A DNA stretch of 64,000 nucleotides from Desulfatiglandales bacterium (lineage in GTDB: Bacteria; Desulfobacterota; DSM-4660; Desulfatiglandales; Desulfatiglandaceae): NCBI GenBank assembly GCA_963662465.1, contig OY759599.1:1184001-1248000 (forward strand), in the 5' to 3' direction. How positions within the stretch are numbered: position 1 is the stretch's first letter; the number at the start of each line of letters is the position of its first letter. Under the pieces are notes generated by a model. It was given only the letters and a program-made list of their open reading frames with translations. It ran no database searches and was not told where the DNA came from. Both the position numbers and the translations under genes were made by a program. Positions 19,727 to 30,821 of this stretch are shown here, piece by piece.

Positions 19727-19952
19727 AACCTCCAGTAAGGTTTCCCTTGTTGGGATTCCCGCAGATTTACATTTTCTTCGCGTTAACAATTTGAACGTCA
19801 TGGTCTGAACCGGATACCACATATTGTGTGTCGCTTTTCAGCTGTTAAAAATGGGATACATTGAGATAATCCAAAGAATTCAACACCCTCAAAAACTTGT
19901 GAGATTGCTTACATCTCTGTAAGTACCCTCAGATTCCAGATTCTTAATCGGA

Positions 19953-20080
19953 AAATCTTACTACCACAACATATAAGGGTCAATCCATTTTCTGCCTATT
20001 CTGTTACAGGAAAAGAGTACGTGCATTAGCCCTCATACCGCTCTGCCCAAAATCGTGCGACACTGACAGAACAATCTTAC
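19953..20080. repeat. Degenerate intergenic module, copy C, with promoter TTGACC-N17-TAAGAT (minus strand)
   Basis: Similar to copies A and B. Hexamers at 19978-19983 and 19955-19960. Confidence 0.7.
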
Positions 20081-20513
20081 ACTATTTTTCAGCCAAATCA
20101 AAGAAATGTTGCATATAGGAATCCCTCAACCGAGTTCGAGACCGGAAACGCTTGTTTTCCAATTCCTTCTAAACAGCAACCCGTAACTCTCCAATAACCG
20201 GTCAAGTTTATACAGCCCTCTTGCTAATCAACGATCAGATTAACCTCCTTTCATGATTTAATCCCCTTAAAGGCAGCGTCTTATCCCGGGCTCTGCTAAA
20301 ACCCTCTTCGGATTAGTACAACATGTCGTTCTCAAGGTTCAGTTGATCTCTTTCTTCTGTATTCCCAGATAATTTCGCCATAAAAAAACAGATGCGATGC
20401 GTATTCAGACATGACCGTCGAGATGCGTGAAGATTTCTCATAAGCGTAATTCTTAATGTTTTCCATCATTCGGTTATCCCTCGATAAAATCCCTTCGGCA
20501 AATTATGGATTTC

Positions 20514-20990
20514 CTATTTTTCGCTGAACCAACTATCCGCGATGACTTTTGACATTAGAAGGGAAACCAGGCCATCTGGGTCATCGGTTCCAATGAGTGT
20601 ACTTTTCGCGCCCGTCTCGATACGTACGCAATCAAATCCGCCTATATTCCAGAGCCACCCCTTTCGAGTCAGCTGGATTCCTCACCCGGAAAGGAAATGG
20701 GAGTGGTCTTTCTCCACGGCGGTGATTTCCGAATAAGGAATGGATTTTCTGAAAAGAGGAACTGGTCCAAAGTGTACAGAGAGACAATCGCCTTCATCCC
20801 GGACGGCCAGGTGACCGAATACGAGGGACAAAACAATACAGGCAATTGCCGCGGCGATAAATATGATCATGTATGGTGGCGTGTGTTTCGTGAAAAATGC
20901 AATGCCAAGGCAAATCACCACCAAAGTCACAAGAATTGGCGGGAGAACGCCTTTCTGAATGTGATCGTACTCAGACATCGTGTGTTTCAT
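20514..20990 (-). pseudogene. Small membrane protein with in-frame premature TGA
   Basis: The frame continues past TGA (20682-20684) as FLSG*GIQLTRKGWLWNIGGFDCV...IGTDDPDGL to TAG at 20514. The GWGI context implies TGG>TGA. Confidence 0.72.
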
Positions 20991-21333
20991 AACGGGGTGT
21001 CCTTTCCGATCTCCTGCGACCAAGACCGGTGATAGCCAAAGCAAGAATCGCCGCAACACCGGGACTCCCTCCGTAAATAATTAACCGGTTTAAAGAGAAC
21101 ATGATCATACACCCCAAGATATTCACTCTGATCAGTTGCTTAAACCTATGCTCAAAAAAGAGCGTTGACAGCTATCGCCACGCTCAAGTAACATGATGAA
21201 AAATAATAAATACTGCCATCCTTATTGATTCTAATTGTTAACACAAATTACCTGCAAAGACAAAAATATAGCCATAGTGGCTCCGGAATTTTATAAAATT
21301 CAAATAAAAAAATTGTCTCAACAGGGCGCTGTA

Positions 21334-22137
21334 ATGACAAAAAATGGGGTTAAAACGGTTTTCGTTGTTGCGGCTTTGAGTATCCTCATATTAGCCATAG
21401 ATAGCTTTAGCGGGCAAGAGTATCATGAGTTTGCGCTTGGAACGCATGCAATAGACGGAAATAAAATAGCGTTTACATTCCCCATGCCCCCGCCCGGTAA
21501 AACTTTTTACCTTTTCAGTAATCAATGGAAATTAAATTACCCCTGTAAAAGGGCAAGACTGGAGGTCAACCTGTACAATAAAACCAAGGATCTGATCGGC
21601 GCCGGAGAAAGTATGTGGACAAACATGCAAAACGATTCAACGCCTTTCGGCCATATGACCTTCGGCTCTGCGGTCATCAAAGGCGTTTCACCGGACAACA
21701 TTAATGATATCGCCTACTTTTCAGTTTATTTGCAGGAACCCCCTGGAAAAAACCTGACCGTTTTGAACGACAGCCGGCCTGAAGTAAGATTTGCCGGAAA
21801 AGTCATAGCCGCGGTTATGCAGGGTAAAGAGGCTTACCTCATCCTTTTCGCGGGTCAGCCTCTGTCGCTTGGACAAAAAAAAGCGGCGGAAGCAGAACAT
21901 GAAATGATGAGAAACGCTCTAAGAGAAAACCCCGATATTGCCACTGTCCTCCCTATGAAACCGAGCGATGCCGTTGGCATTCGGTATTCTTGTCCGGCGC
22001 CATTTGATATGACATTTGGACCACGATATGAACACAACGAAACCGCACCGGACGGCGGAATAACATCCCTTTCAATAACCCTGTCGTTGCCGATCGGCAA
22101 AGTCAACGGGAAGTGGCGGCTGCTCCTCCCGGAATAA
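21334..22137 (+). CDS. Hypothetical exported protein
   Basis: Signal-peptide-like N-terminus and C-terminal KVNGKWRL. No family recognised. Confidence 0.6.
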   Translation: MTKNGVKTVFVVAALSILILAIDSFSGQEYHEFALGTHAIDGNKIAFTFPMPPPGKTFYLFSNQWKLNYPCKRARLEVNLYNKTKDLIGAGESMWTNMQNDSTPFGHMTFGSAVIKGVSPDNINDIAYFSVYLQEPPGKNLTVLNDSRPEVRFAGKVIAAVMQGKEAYLILFAGQPLSLGQKKAAEAEHEMMRNALRENPDIATVLPMKPSDAVGIRYSCPAPFDMTFGPRYEHNETAPDGGITSLSITLSLPIGKVNGKWRLLLPE

Positions 22138-22451
22138 TCAACGGCTTTCACAATGGAAACGATGACACATGGCAAAGTCCCATGAAAAGGAGGTGCATAT
22201 CCGTTCCTGCGACTTTCATTGCTTCATCAGCAGATGCCGCCGGTTCAGCGATATTTTTGAGATAATGCGCCTGGCGGAAAGCGTGTCGGGCCTCAGGGAA
22301 AATTTCCTGAAACGCCGGCAGCAAACCGCGCCGTTTATTGCTGAAAACAAAGAATCGTATCTGTTCTTGACTCTTATGGATGTGTTTATTATTTATTTAA
22401 AATCATCATGATTCGCTGGTAGTCGTTTCATGAAAATCAATATCATAGCGC

Positions 22452-25001
22452 ATGACTGGAAAAAAACCGATGACGTCCACACCGATAATAAACCATGAAT
22501 TGGCGTTGGCCGGGGACTTTGTTCGATACACGGGCAGCCATATTTTTTTAACGGGAAAAGCCGGTACCGGTAAAACCACCTTTCTGCATAACCTGAAAGG
22601 CAATACGGCAAAACGAATGATTGTCACGGCCCCAACCGGGGTTGCGGCCATTAACGCCGGCGGGGTCACCCTCCATTCATTTTTTCAGTTGCCGTTCGGA
22701 CCTTTCCTTCCGGGCAGCGAGGCCAATGAACAGTACCGGCAGCGCGTATTCCGATTCAGCAAGGAAAAGAAACGGATTATCAAAAGCCTGGATTTGCTGG
22801 TGATTGACGAGATCAGTATGGTGCGGGCCGATCTGCTCGATGCCGTGGATGCGGTCCTGCGGCAACACCGCCGCAATGATCAACCGTTCGGCGGCGTGCA
22901 GCTGCTCATGATCGGGGATTTGCACCAACTCTCTCCCGTGGCAAAGCAGGAGGAGTGGCAGCTTCTGCAGCCCCATTATCCATCGGTGTATTTTTTCAGC
23001 AGTCATGCCCTTGGGCGGACGGAACTGTTGACCATTGAATTAAAGCATATTTACCGTCAGTCGGATGTCCGATTTATCGAGTTGCTGAACCGGGTCCGGG
23101 ACAATCGGCTGGACGGCGCCGCCATTGGGGAACTGAACAAGCGGTATATTGAAAATTATACCCCCGAGGAAGACCGGGGTTATATCACCCTGACCACCCA
23201 TAACCGCAATGCCGACGCCATCAACAATCGCAGGCTTATGGCATTGGCGGGAAAAGAATATCGTTTTAAAGCAGAGATTTCCGGAGAGTTTCCCGAACAT
23301 ACTTATCCGACCCCGGGGGTTCTGGTATTGAAGGAGGGGGCCCAAGTGATGTTCCTTCGTAATGATGCTTCCCCTGAAAAACGCTATTTCAACGGTAAAA
23401 TCGGCAAAATCAAGAGCATTTCCCAACAGAAAATTCGCATCCTGTGTCCTGATGAGTCCGAGACAATCGTGGTTGAACCCGTGGAATGGGAAAACATCAA
23501 ATATACGGTAAACGAAGAAAGTAAGGAAATCCAAGAGGATGTCATCGGTAAATTTAAACAATTTCCCCTGAAACCGGCATGGGCCATTACCATCCATAAA
23601 AGCCAGGGACTGACCTTCGAGAAGGCCGTCATCGATGCCAAATCCGCTTTTGCCCATGGCCAGGTTTATGTGGCGCTAAGTCGCTGTAAAACCTTTGAGG
23701 GGATGGTCCTCAGCTCTCCCGTCCCATCCCGGGGTATTGGAACGGATGAGGTGGTCCTGAGCTTCGATGATACGGTCAGCCGGAACCCGCCATCCGAAAA
23801 TGGGCTTCAGGCAGCCAAAATCGGCTACCAGCAGCAATTGCTGCTGGAGTGTTTCGATTTAGAATCCCTGCGCAACCGGCTCAATTATCTTCTCCGCCTT
23901 TTATTGGGGAATGCCGGCCTGGTCCAGGTATCCGGCGTGTCGGACATGGGCCGTTTGCGGGAAATGGCCAATGAGCATATTTTCACGGTCAGTGAAAAAT
24001 TTAAAAATCAATTGCGAGCCATTTTTACAGAGGAAGCCCTGCCCGAATCCGATGCCCATATCCTGGAACGAATCGGCAAGGCATCCACATGGTTTCAGGA
24101 TAAATTTTCTCTGATTTTTAATGATTTTGCGCAGCGCTTCCAGGTGGAAACGGACAATCGTGAACTCGGCAAACAGATCAATAATGCGGTGAATAACCTC
24201 AAACAGGAGATTGTTGTGAAGCTTGCGGGCATCAAATCCTGTGAGAAGGGCTTTACGCCTTCGGATTATCTACGGTCCGTATCAATCGCCGAAATCGACT
24301 TTTTCCCTGAAAAAGGAAAAACCCCGCAACCCCAATTCTACGGCGAATCAGACATCGAACACCCGGAATTGTTCCAGCAGCTCAAGGAGTGGCGGTCCCA
24401 CAAGGCCAGGGAACAGGGCCTGCCCCATTTTCAGATTCTCCATCAACGGATATTGATTCAGATCGCCGTCAATTTACCCGGCAATGGGACGGATTTGAAA
24501 AATATCAAAGGGGTGGGTAAGAAGACCTTTCAAAAATATGGTAAAGAACTTTTGGATCTGGTGGCGAGTTATCGCAAAAAACACGGGATCAACACGGTGA
24601 CATTGCCGAAGTTAAAAGATGTGATGGAAAAAGAAAAATCCTCTGAAAAAGCGACGTTGGCCTCGGACACCCAACAGATCAGTTTTGATATGTTCCATAA
24701 GGGATTGACCGTTGCTCGTATCGCGGAAGAAAGGGGCCTGGTGAAATCCACCATCCAGGGGCACCTCTGCTTTTTTATCGAAACGGGCAGCCTGGATATC
24801 GACAGGGTTCTCTCACCTGAAAAACAAGCCGCCATTGAAGCCGCTCTGGGGCACGTTCCCAATGATTCCATGAAAGCCGTCAAAAATGAATTGGGCGATA
24901 ATTTTTCCTATGGCGACATCAAGCTGGTGGTGGCCCATCAGAGGCATCTGTCGGCAAAATTAAACAATGATTCAATTGAAGGAGCGAAACAACATGCCTG
25001 A
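22452..25001 (+). CDS. PIF1-family DNA helicase with HRDC and C-terminal HTH domains
   Basis: TGKAGTGKT, APTGVAA, DEISM, GDLHQL, TIHKSQG and YVALSR. HRDC segment LKEWR..A....P..I. Confidence 0.92.
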   Translation: MTGKKPMTSTPIINHELALAGDFVRYTGSHIFLTGKAGTGKTTFLHNLKGNTAKRMIVTAPTGVAAINAGGVTLHSFFQLPFGPFLPGSEANEQYRQRVFRFSKEKKRIIKSLDLLVIDEISMVRADLLDAVDAVLRQHRRNDQPFGGVQLLMIGDLHQLSPVAKQEEWQLLQPHYPSVYFFSSHALGRTELLTIELKHIYRQSDVRFIELLNRVRDNRLDGAAIGELNKRYIENYTPEEDRGYITLTTHNRNADAINNRRLMALAGKEYRFKAEISGEFPEHTYPTPGVLVLKEGAQVMFLRNDASPEKRYFNGKIGKIKSISQQKIRILCPDESETIVVEPVEWENIKYTVNEESKEIQEDVIGKFKQFPLKPAWAITIHKSQGLTFEKAVIDAKSAFAHGQVYVALSRCKTFEGMVLSSPVPSRGIGTDEVVLSFDDTVSRNPPSENGLQAAKIGYQQQLLLECFDLESLRNRLNYLLRLLLGNAGLVQVSGVSDMGRLREMANEHIFTVSEKFKNQLRAIFTEEALPESDAHILERIGKASTWFQDKFSLIFNDFAQRFQVETDNRELGKQINNAVNNLKQEIVVKLAGIKSCEKGFTPSDYLRSVSIAEIDFFPEKGKTPQPQFYGESDIEHPELFQQLKEWRSHKAREQGLPHFQILHQRILIQIAVNLPGNGTDLKNIKGVGKKTFQKYGKELLDLVASYRKKHGINTVTLPKLKDVMEKEKSSEKATLASDTQQISFDMFHKGLTVARIAEERGLVKSTIQGHLCFFIETGSLDIDRVLSPEKQAAIEAALGHVPNDSMKAVKNELGDNFSYGDIKLVVAHQRHLSAKLNNDSIEGAKQHA

Positions 25002-25710
25002 AACACGCATCAACAAAGAGGTTTTTGACAAATTTCCCGGCTTCAGACGGGGCATCGTGTTTGCCCGAAAGATGGACAATCAGGGTTCCTCCGAGGAACT
25101 GGAGACGCTTTTAAAGGAGGCTCTGGCGGGCGCGGCGGCCGCTCCCATCGATCTGAAAACGGATCCGAGGACGGCGGTCTGGAACGAAACCTACCGGGAA
25201 CTGGGATGTAATCCCAACAAGTTTCCCCCCGCACACCTGGCCCTCTTGAAGCGGGTTCAAAAACCCGGCGTCTCCATTCCATTCATTAACAAGGCCGTGG
25301 CCATTATGAACGACAATTCCATTCGGGGGGTCCTGCCCGTAGGCGGAGATGACTTACTTCGGGCGGGGCAAACGCTCGAACTTCGATACGCGGAAGGAAG
25401 TGAACTGTTTACGCCCCTCAACAACCCCGACAAAACGGAATCCCCCGATCCTGGGGAGATTATTTATATGGTCGCGGAAACCCGTGAGGTCATGTGCCGA
25501 CGGTGGAATTGGCGAAACGGTTTTCAAACCCGAATTACCGAGGAAACAAACGCCATGGTCATGAACATTGATGGACTGGGTGAGGACGCGCTAAAACGGA
25601 CCGTTTCCGTACGCGATCGAGTGGCCCGAATGCTTGAACGGTACTGCGGCGCCGAGGTTGAGACCGCGCTATTAACCCCGTCCGAACCTTCCTTTTCGTT
25701 TGGTCTATAG
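24994..25710 (+). CDS. B3/B4 domain (PheT-related) protein
   Basis: NPNKFPP..ALLKRV, IPFINK.V, LPVGGDD, PGEIIY and CRRWNWR. Confidence 0.88.
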   Translation: MPETRINKEVFDKFPGFRRGIVFARKMDNQGSSEELETLLKEALAGAAAAPIDLKTDPRTAVWNETYRELGCNPNKFPPAHLALLKRVQKPGVSIPFINKAVAIMNDNSIRGVLPVGGDDLLRAGQTLELRYAEGSELFTPLNNPDKTESPDPGEIIYMVAETREVMCRRWNWRNGFQTRITEETNAMVMNIDGLGEDALKRTVSVRDRVARMLERYCGAEVETALLTPSEPSFSFGL

Positions 25711-25760
25711 GCCTTCTTCTGGAATCATGGCGTTTTTAATTTTGAGGCATCTCTATCCCC

Positions 25761-26767
25761 ATGGGAAATCTTTCTTCAGTGCTGCGTTTTTTAGGCTCCG
25801 GCAATCCCTATATCTTTATTCTCTTACTTGCTTTCGCGGTGATGCTGGCCTGGATCGCTCCCGAAGCGGGGGCCGGCGGCGGGTGGCTTTATCCAAAGGT
25901 TACCACCAAGGCAGCTATTTTTATCATATTCATTCTTCAAGGTCTTTCCCTGCCCACCCATGAAATTAAAAATGGTCTTCAACAATACAGAATTCACATT
26001 TCCATTCAGTCCTTTATCTTCATTTTCATACCGGCCCTGGTATGGTTCTGGATGCTTTTCGTCGGGAAATTCTTTACCGTTGATTTACGAATGGCGTTTC
26101 TTTTTTTAGCCGTTGTTCCCACCACCATCTCTTCCTCGGTGGTGTTTACCGCCCAGGCAGGGGGGGCTGCAACCATTGCGCTTTTCAATGCTTCGACCGC
26201 CAACGTCCTGGGGGTGTTTCTGGTGCCCCTTTGGGTCTCCTGGCAAATGGGGCAAAGCGTGGCGCTTCCGCCCGTGGGCGACCTTATTCTGAAAATCGTC
26301 TGGATTGTGCTGATACCCCTCATCATCGGCCAGGCGGCCAGGCGGTGGGTGGTGGAATGGTCGGATCGGCATCGGAAAAAGATGTCCAATATTAGCATGG
26401 GATTGATCCTCTTTATCGTCTATGCCGCCTTCTGTAATTCGGTCAAAAGCCATACCTGGAAAAACCTCGGCGCGGATGAGCTTACCCTTACCTTTGCAGC
26501 GGTTTTGATGCTGCTCCTCATGGTCATGGCATGTGGGGCATTTTGTTTGCGGATCGGGGGCTTCAAGCGGGAGGACGGCATTGCTTCTTCTTTTCCGCAA
26601 CGCAAAAGGCCCTTTCCACGGGAATCCCCATGGCCCATGCCATATTCGGCTCGACCGGGCTGGATCTTGCGCTTATCGTGGTCCCACTGATGTTCTATCA
26701 TCCGTTGCAGCTATTGATTGGCAGTTTTATTGTTGGAAAGTTCGCGAGGGCTGGGAAAAGACTGTGA
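25761..26767 (+). pseudogene. Bile acid:sodium symporter family (SBF-like), 1-nt frameshift near 26584
   Basis: PTTISSSVVFT..AGG..ALFNA..N.LGV. The C-terminal QKALSTGIPMA...PLMFYHPLQL is in another frame. Confidence 0.8.
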
Positions 26768-27438
26768 TCCCCTGGGAAAAGATCGACCGGGCGGAGGTCC
26801 CGGGACATGTTGGAGACGTCATTCTGCTGAAACGAGGCACGGAGTTCTCCATCCGAACGGCGGGCGTAGAGCTGATGAACAGCCGCCGTCACGGTTCCGA
26901 GGATGCCCTGGCTGAGTTCACCTGCCGCCGACTGAAACGAAAATCCGGTCTGAGGATACTCATCGGCGGCCTCGGAATGGGATACACATTGGCGGCGGCA
27001 CTTGAACAATCGGCGCCGGATACCGCCATTACCGTATCCGAACTGATCCCGGCCGTGGTTAGATGGAACCGGAAATACCTGGGGTATCTTGCCGGAATGC
27101 CACTGGATGACCCCCGGGTATTTGTTGCGGAAGAGGATGTGGGGGAAATCATCCGGAAAGAAAAATCCGCCTGGGACGCCATCATTCTGGATGTGGATAA
27201 TGGTCCTGAGGGGCTTACCCGAAAAGCCAATGACCGCCTCTACGGCGCCTCGGGGCTTGAAATGTCCTTTTCCGCCCTCCGCTCCGGAGGGATTCTGGCC
27301 GTTTGGTCCTGTGGTGCAAACGAGGCATTCAACCGTCGCCTGAAGCAGTGTGGATTTCGGACGGAAACCGTAATTGTCCGCGCCCGCAAACCCGGAAAAG
27401 GCGCCCGGCACACCATCTGGCTTGCCGAAAAACCCTGA
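26764..27438 (+). CDS. Spermidine-synthase-like SAM-dependent transferase
   Basis: ELMNSR.HGSE.ALA, ILIGGLGMGYT and IILDVDNGP. The GTG start overlaps the upstream stop. Confidence 0.88.
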   Translation: MIPWEKIDRAEVPGHVGDVILLKRGTEFSIRTAGVELMNSRRHGSEDALAEFTCRRLKRKSGLRILIGGLGMGYTLAAALEQSAPDTAITVSELIPAVVRWNRKYLGYLAGMPLDDPRVFVAEEDVGEIIRKEKSAWDAIILDVDNGPEGLTRKANDRLYGASGLEMSFSALRSGGILAVWSCGANEAFNRRLKQCGFRTETVIVRARKPGKGARHTIWLAEKP

Positions 27439-27500
27439 TCGCATTATCTCCTAACGTTAACGATCATCTTGCCTCAAGAGGCTGGAGGAAAAACATAAAA

Positions 27501-27710
27501 ATGAAAGAAGAGCGTCTGGTAAAAATTGAAACTAAAATCGCGTTTCAGGAAAAAACCATCAAAGACCTGAATGATGTGCTTTACGAACAGCAGCGGGAGA
27601 TCGAAAGGCTTGGCGCTATCTGTGGCGACCTGGTCAAACGGGTTAAAGAGCTCTCGGATTTCATTCAGGGAAGCGATGCGCCTGCAAATGAAAAGCCGCC
27701 TCATTATTAA
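27501..27710 (+). CDS. slyX: SlyX family protein
   Basis: IETKIAFQE..I..LN.V..QQ and EKPPHY terminus. Confidence 0.92.
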   Translation: MKEERLVKIETKIAFQEKTIKDLNDVLYEQQREIERLGAICGDLVKRVKELSDFIQGSDAPANEKPPHY

Positions 27711-27892
27711 CAATGCGGATTCCGTAATGTATTTTTTGAAAGAGGCGTGGTTAAGCGGAAAAATGGGAATTTGTTTGTATGTGTTATTTATACCCTTACT
27801 TTTAACAATTCTTTAGTTGAAAATGCCTTGACTTTTGACTTTTCGACGCATACGCTTAACCGGCGTTAAAGGATTTTAAAGAGGGTAGGGGA

Positions 27893-29260
27893 ATGATCAA
27901 CAGAGATTCACTAAGCTATTTAAAAGAATGGTCTTACAGAAGTAAACGTAAGCCCATGTTAATCCGCGGTGCACGTCAGGTCGGCAAAACCACCCTGGTG
28001 CGGATGTTTGCGGAGCAGCAGAATTTTCAGTTGGTTGAACTCAATATGGAGAAACCCTGGAGGTTTATCCCAACACTGAATGATTTGAATCCTCACAGGA
28101 CGATTGAGGCCATTGAGTTCGAACTCCATGTCGATATCGATCCCAAACGATCTGTTATTTTCTTTGATGAAGTACAGTCTTGCCCGCCTGTTCTATCTCT
28201 TCTTCGGTATTTCTACGAGGAGGCGCCGGAATACAGAATAATCGCGACCGGATCACTTCTGGAATTTGTGTTGGCTGAACCGAAATTTTCCATTCCGGTG
28301 GGACGCATTGAACTTTTTTATCTCGGTCCCCTGACCTTTCAAGAATTTCTGTCGGCAACGGGAGAGGACAAAGCCATCGCGAAATTAGAGCGCTACAAAT
28401 TTGGCGACATAATCCAGGAACCGGTTCATGAAAAACTGAACCATCTGGTACGCATATTCAATGTCGTGGGCGGGATGCCTGAGGCCATCAGTTGTTTTGC
28501 CCGGAACCGCAGTTTTAAAGAAGTCGAAAGGGTCAAATCGGAGATTGTCGAGACATTTCGCTTGGATTTCAATAAATATCACGGCAAGGCAAATCCACAA
28601 CTCCTCACGATGGTTTTTGATGCAATGCCTCGGTTGATGGGGAAAAAACTCATCTACTCTCACTTGACGCCGAACTACCGGTCCAATGACTTGGCAAAGG
28701 CGGTTCAACAACTGTGTCTGGCCCGGATCATCACAAAGGTTTTTCATAGCCACGCCAATGGAACGCCGTTGGCAGCGGAGAAGAACGAACGATTTTTCAA
28801 GATGATGCTCCTTGACGTTGGGCTATTGCTGACGCAATTGAATCTCATACCCACTGAAATTGAACAGGTCGGAGAGTTGAACCTGGTGAATAACGGAACT
28901 TTGGCGGAGCAATTTATCGGCCAGCATCTTTATCAAGCGCAGCCGCATTACAGGACGCCCGAGCTTTTCTACTGGGCGCGAGAGAGAAAATCTTCATCGG
29001 CTGAGGTGGACTATGTGATCACCGATGGTTTTAATAATGTCGTTCCTGTTGAGATTAAGGCCGGCAGTACCGGAAGTCTGCGATCTCTGCAAATCATGGT
29101 CCTGGAAAAATCATTGTCCCGCGCCGTCAGATTTTGTTCAGCGCAACCGACCCTATTCACTGAAAGAAGAAAAACAGCAAAGGGGACGGTGGATTTCAAG
29201 TTGATTTCTTTACCGCATTATCTGGTGCAGCAGCTTCAACGGTTACTTTCCGAGTTTTAA
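27893..29260 (+). CDS. AAA_14 ATPase with DUF4143 nuclease-like C-terminus
   Basis: GARQVGKT, FFDEVQ, ATGS, VGGMPEA and EVDY...PVEIKAG. Confidence 0.9.
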   Translation: MINRDSLSYLKEWSYRSKRKPMLIRGARQVGKTTLVRMFAEQQNFQLVELNMEKPWRFIPTLNDLNPHRTIEAIEFELHVDIDPKRSVIFFDEVQSCPPVLSLLRYFYEEAPEYRIIATGSLLEFVLAEPKFSIPVGRIELFYLGPLTFQEFLSATGEDKAIAKLERYKFGDIIQEPVHEKLNHLVRIFNVVGGMPEAISCFARNRSFKEVERVKSEIVETFRLDFNKYHGKANPQLLTMVFDAMPRLMGKKLIYSHLTPNYRSNDLAKAVQQLCLARIITKVFHSHANGTPLAAEKNERFFKMMLLDVGLLLTQLNLIPTEIEQVGELNLVNNGTLAEQFIGQHLYQAQPHYRTPELFYWARERKSSSAEVDYVITDGFNNVVPVEIKAGSTGSLRSLQIMVLEKSLSRAVRFCSAQPTLFTERRKTAKGTVDFKLISLPHYLVQQLQRLLSEF

Positions 29261-29342
29261 ATTAAGCGCTTGGCCTTTAACCGCTTTTGTGGCTTAAGGC
29301 CCGAAATTTTAAGGAGTCTGTGAAACGATATTGGAGAAAGAC

Positions 29343-30701
29343 ATGAAAAGCATCAATCCGGCAACAAATGAAGTGATAAAAGAGTACACGGAATATACAC
29401 CGACGGAAGTTCAAAATATTATTCAAGCCGTTGAGACCGATTGGCGAATCTGGAAAACCTTTTCCTTCGCTGACCGCGCCAGGCTCATGAAAAATGTCGC
29501 TCAAATTCTCAAAAAAGAGCGAGATGAGTGCGCTGCCATGATGACCGCCGAGATGGGCAAAGTGATTCAGGAGTCGCGAACGGAAATCGAAAAATGTGCT
29601 TGTGTTTGTGAATACTATGCGGAAAACGCTGAAAAATTTCTCGAAGATGAAGTGGTCAAAACCACCTGTTTAAAAAGTTTTGTCGCCTTTCAACCCTTAG
29701 GGCCGATTTTGGCGGTGATGCCCTGGAATTACCCGTTTTCCCAGGTTTTCCGATTTATCGCTCCCGCTCTGATGGCTGGGAATGCCGGTGTCTTGAAGCA
29801 TGCTTCCAACGTGATGGGATGCGCGCTTAAAATCGAAGAGATTGTGCGAAAAGCCGGTTTCCCTGAAAATCTGTTCAGATCCCTGGTTGTTTCATCCGGG
29901 CAGGTTGCGGATGTGATCAGGCATCCGGCGATCAAAGCGGTAACGTTTACCGGAAGTGAGGCTGCCGGCAGTAACGTGGCTGAAGCTGCCGGTAAGGCGC
30001 TTAAAAAGACGGTTTTAGAATTGGGTGGCTCAAATCCGTTTGTAGTGCTGGAAGATGCGGATCTGGAAGAATGCGCTAAAACAGCGGTGATTGCTAGAAA
30101 CTGGAATGCCGGTCAGGTTTGTATTGCGGCGAAGCGGTTTATCATCGTTGCGTCCGTAGCTGAAAAATTCGAAGCGATTCAGAAAGAGGCCACTGAAGCC
30201 CTGGTTGTGGGAGATCCTGCGGATGAAAGTACCCAGCTGGCGCCCATGTCTCGATGGGATCTGCTGGAAAATTTGCACGTCCAGGTTGAAAAAAGCATCG
30301 CAATGGGCGCCAGGCTGGTGACCGGTGGTAAAAAGTTGGATCGCCCGGGGAATTTCTATGCGGCGACCATCCTTTCAAATGTCGGAAAAGGGATGCCGGT
30401 TTATGAAGAAGAGACCTTCGGACCCGTTGCCGCCAACATTATTGTCAAGGATGAAGTGGAAGCCATTAAGGTTGCCAATGATACGCAATTCGGCCTCGGC
30501 GCCAGTGTTTGGACAAAGGATCACGCCAGGGGCGAACGCGTCGCCCGCGAAATCGAATCCGGAATGGTATTTGTCAACAGCAAGGTTGCTTCCATGCCGC
30601 AGATGCCCTTTGGCGGTGTAAAACGCTCCGGATATGGTCGGGAACTCTCCCCCTATGGCATCAAGGAGTTCGTTAATATCAAAAGTATTTGCATCCGATA
30701 A
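29343..30701 (+). CDS. NAD-dependent succinate-semialdehyde dehydrogenase (Sad-like ALDH)
   Basis: SINPAT, MPWNYP, FTGS, LELGG, GQVCIA, EETFGP and PFGGVKRSGYGRE. Confidence 0.9.
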   Translation: MKSINPATNEVIKEYTEYTPTEVQNIIQAVETDWRIWKTFSFADRARLMKNVAQILKKERDECAAMMTAEMGKVIQESRTEIEKCACVCEYYAENAEKFLEDEVVKTTCLKSFVAFQPLGPILAVMPWNYPFSQVFRFIAPALMAGNAGVLKHASNVMGCALKIEEIVRKAGFPENLFRSLVVSSGQVADVIRHPAIKAVTFTGSEAAGSNVAEAAGKALKKTVLELGGSNPFVVLEDADLEECAKTAVIARNWNAGQVCIAAKRFIIVASVAEKFEAIQKEATEALVVGDPADESTQLAPMSRWDLLENLHVQVEKSIAMGARLVTGGKKLDRPGNFYAATILSNVGKGMPVYEEETFGPVAANIIVKDEVEAIKVANDTQFGLGASVWTKDHARGERVAREIESGMVFVNSKVASMPQMPFGGVKRSGYGRELSPYGIKEFVNIKSICIR

Positions 30702-30707
30702 TATGCG

Positions 30708-30810
30708 TTTACCATGAAAATGCAGCGGTTAGCTGTTAGCTGTTAGCTTAAAAGCGGTAGATGGCATTTTCATGTTTGGGGGTGAATACCCGTATGATTC
30801 ATGAGCGTTT
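30708..30810 (-). repeat. Dispersed intergenic element with GCTAACN heptamers (copy 2)
   Basis: The reverse complement matches 6076-6184, with 3 instead of 4 heptamers. Confidence 0.85.
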
Positions 30811-30821
30811 ACTTGGTTCAC

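Noticed and set aside
14757..20080. Repeats as integron attC sites, a CRISPR array or sigma54 promoters
   Set aside because: No RYYYAAC/GTTRRRY-bounded palindromes, no regular spacing, and the TGGCAG..TTGCA spacing (GG-N7-GC) does not fit -24/-12.
20100..20470. Possible short ORF remnant (MENIKNYAYEK...) on the minus strand
   Set aside because: It is about 50 codons with no recognisable family, which is too little to support a call.
20682..20684. In-frame TGA as selenocysteine
   Set aside because: The G*GI context suggests Trp (GWGI) rather than a Cys position, and no convincing SECIS was seen.
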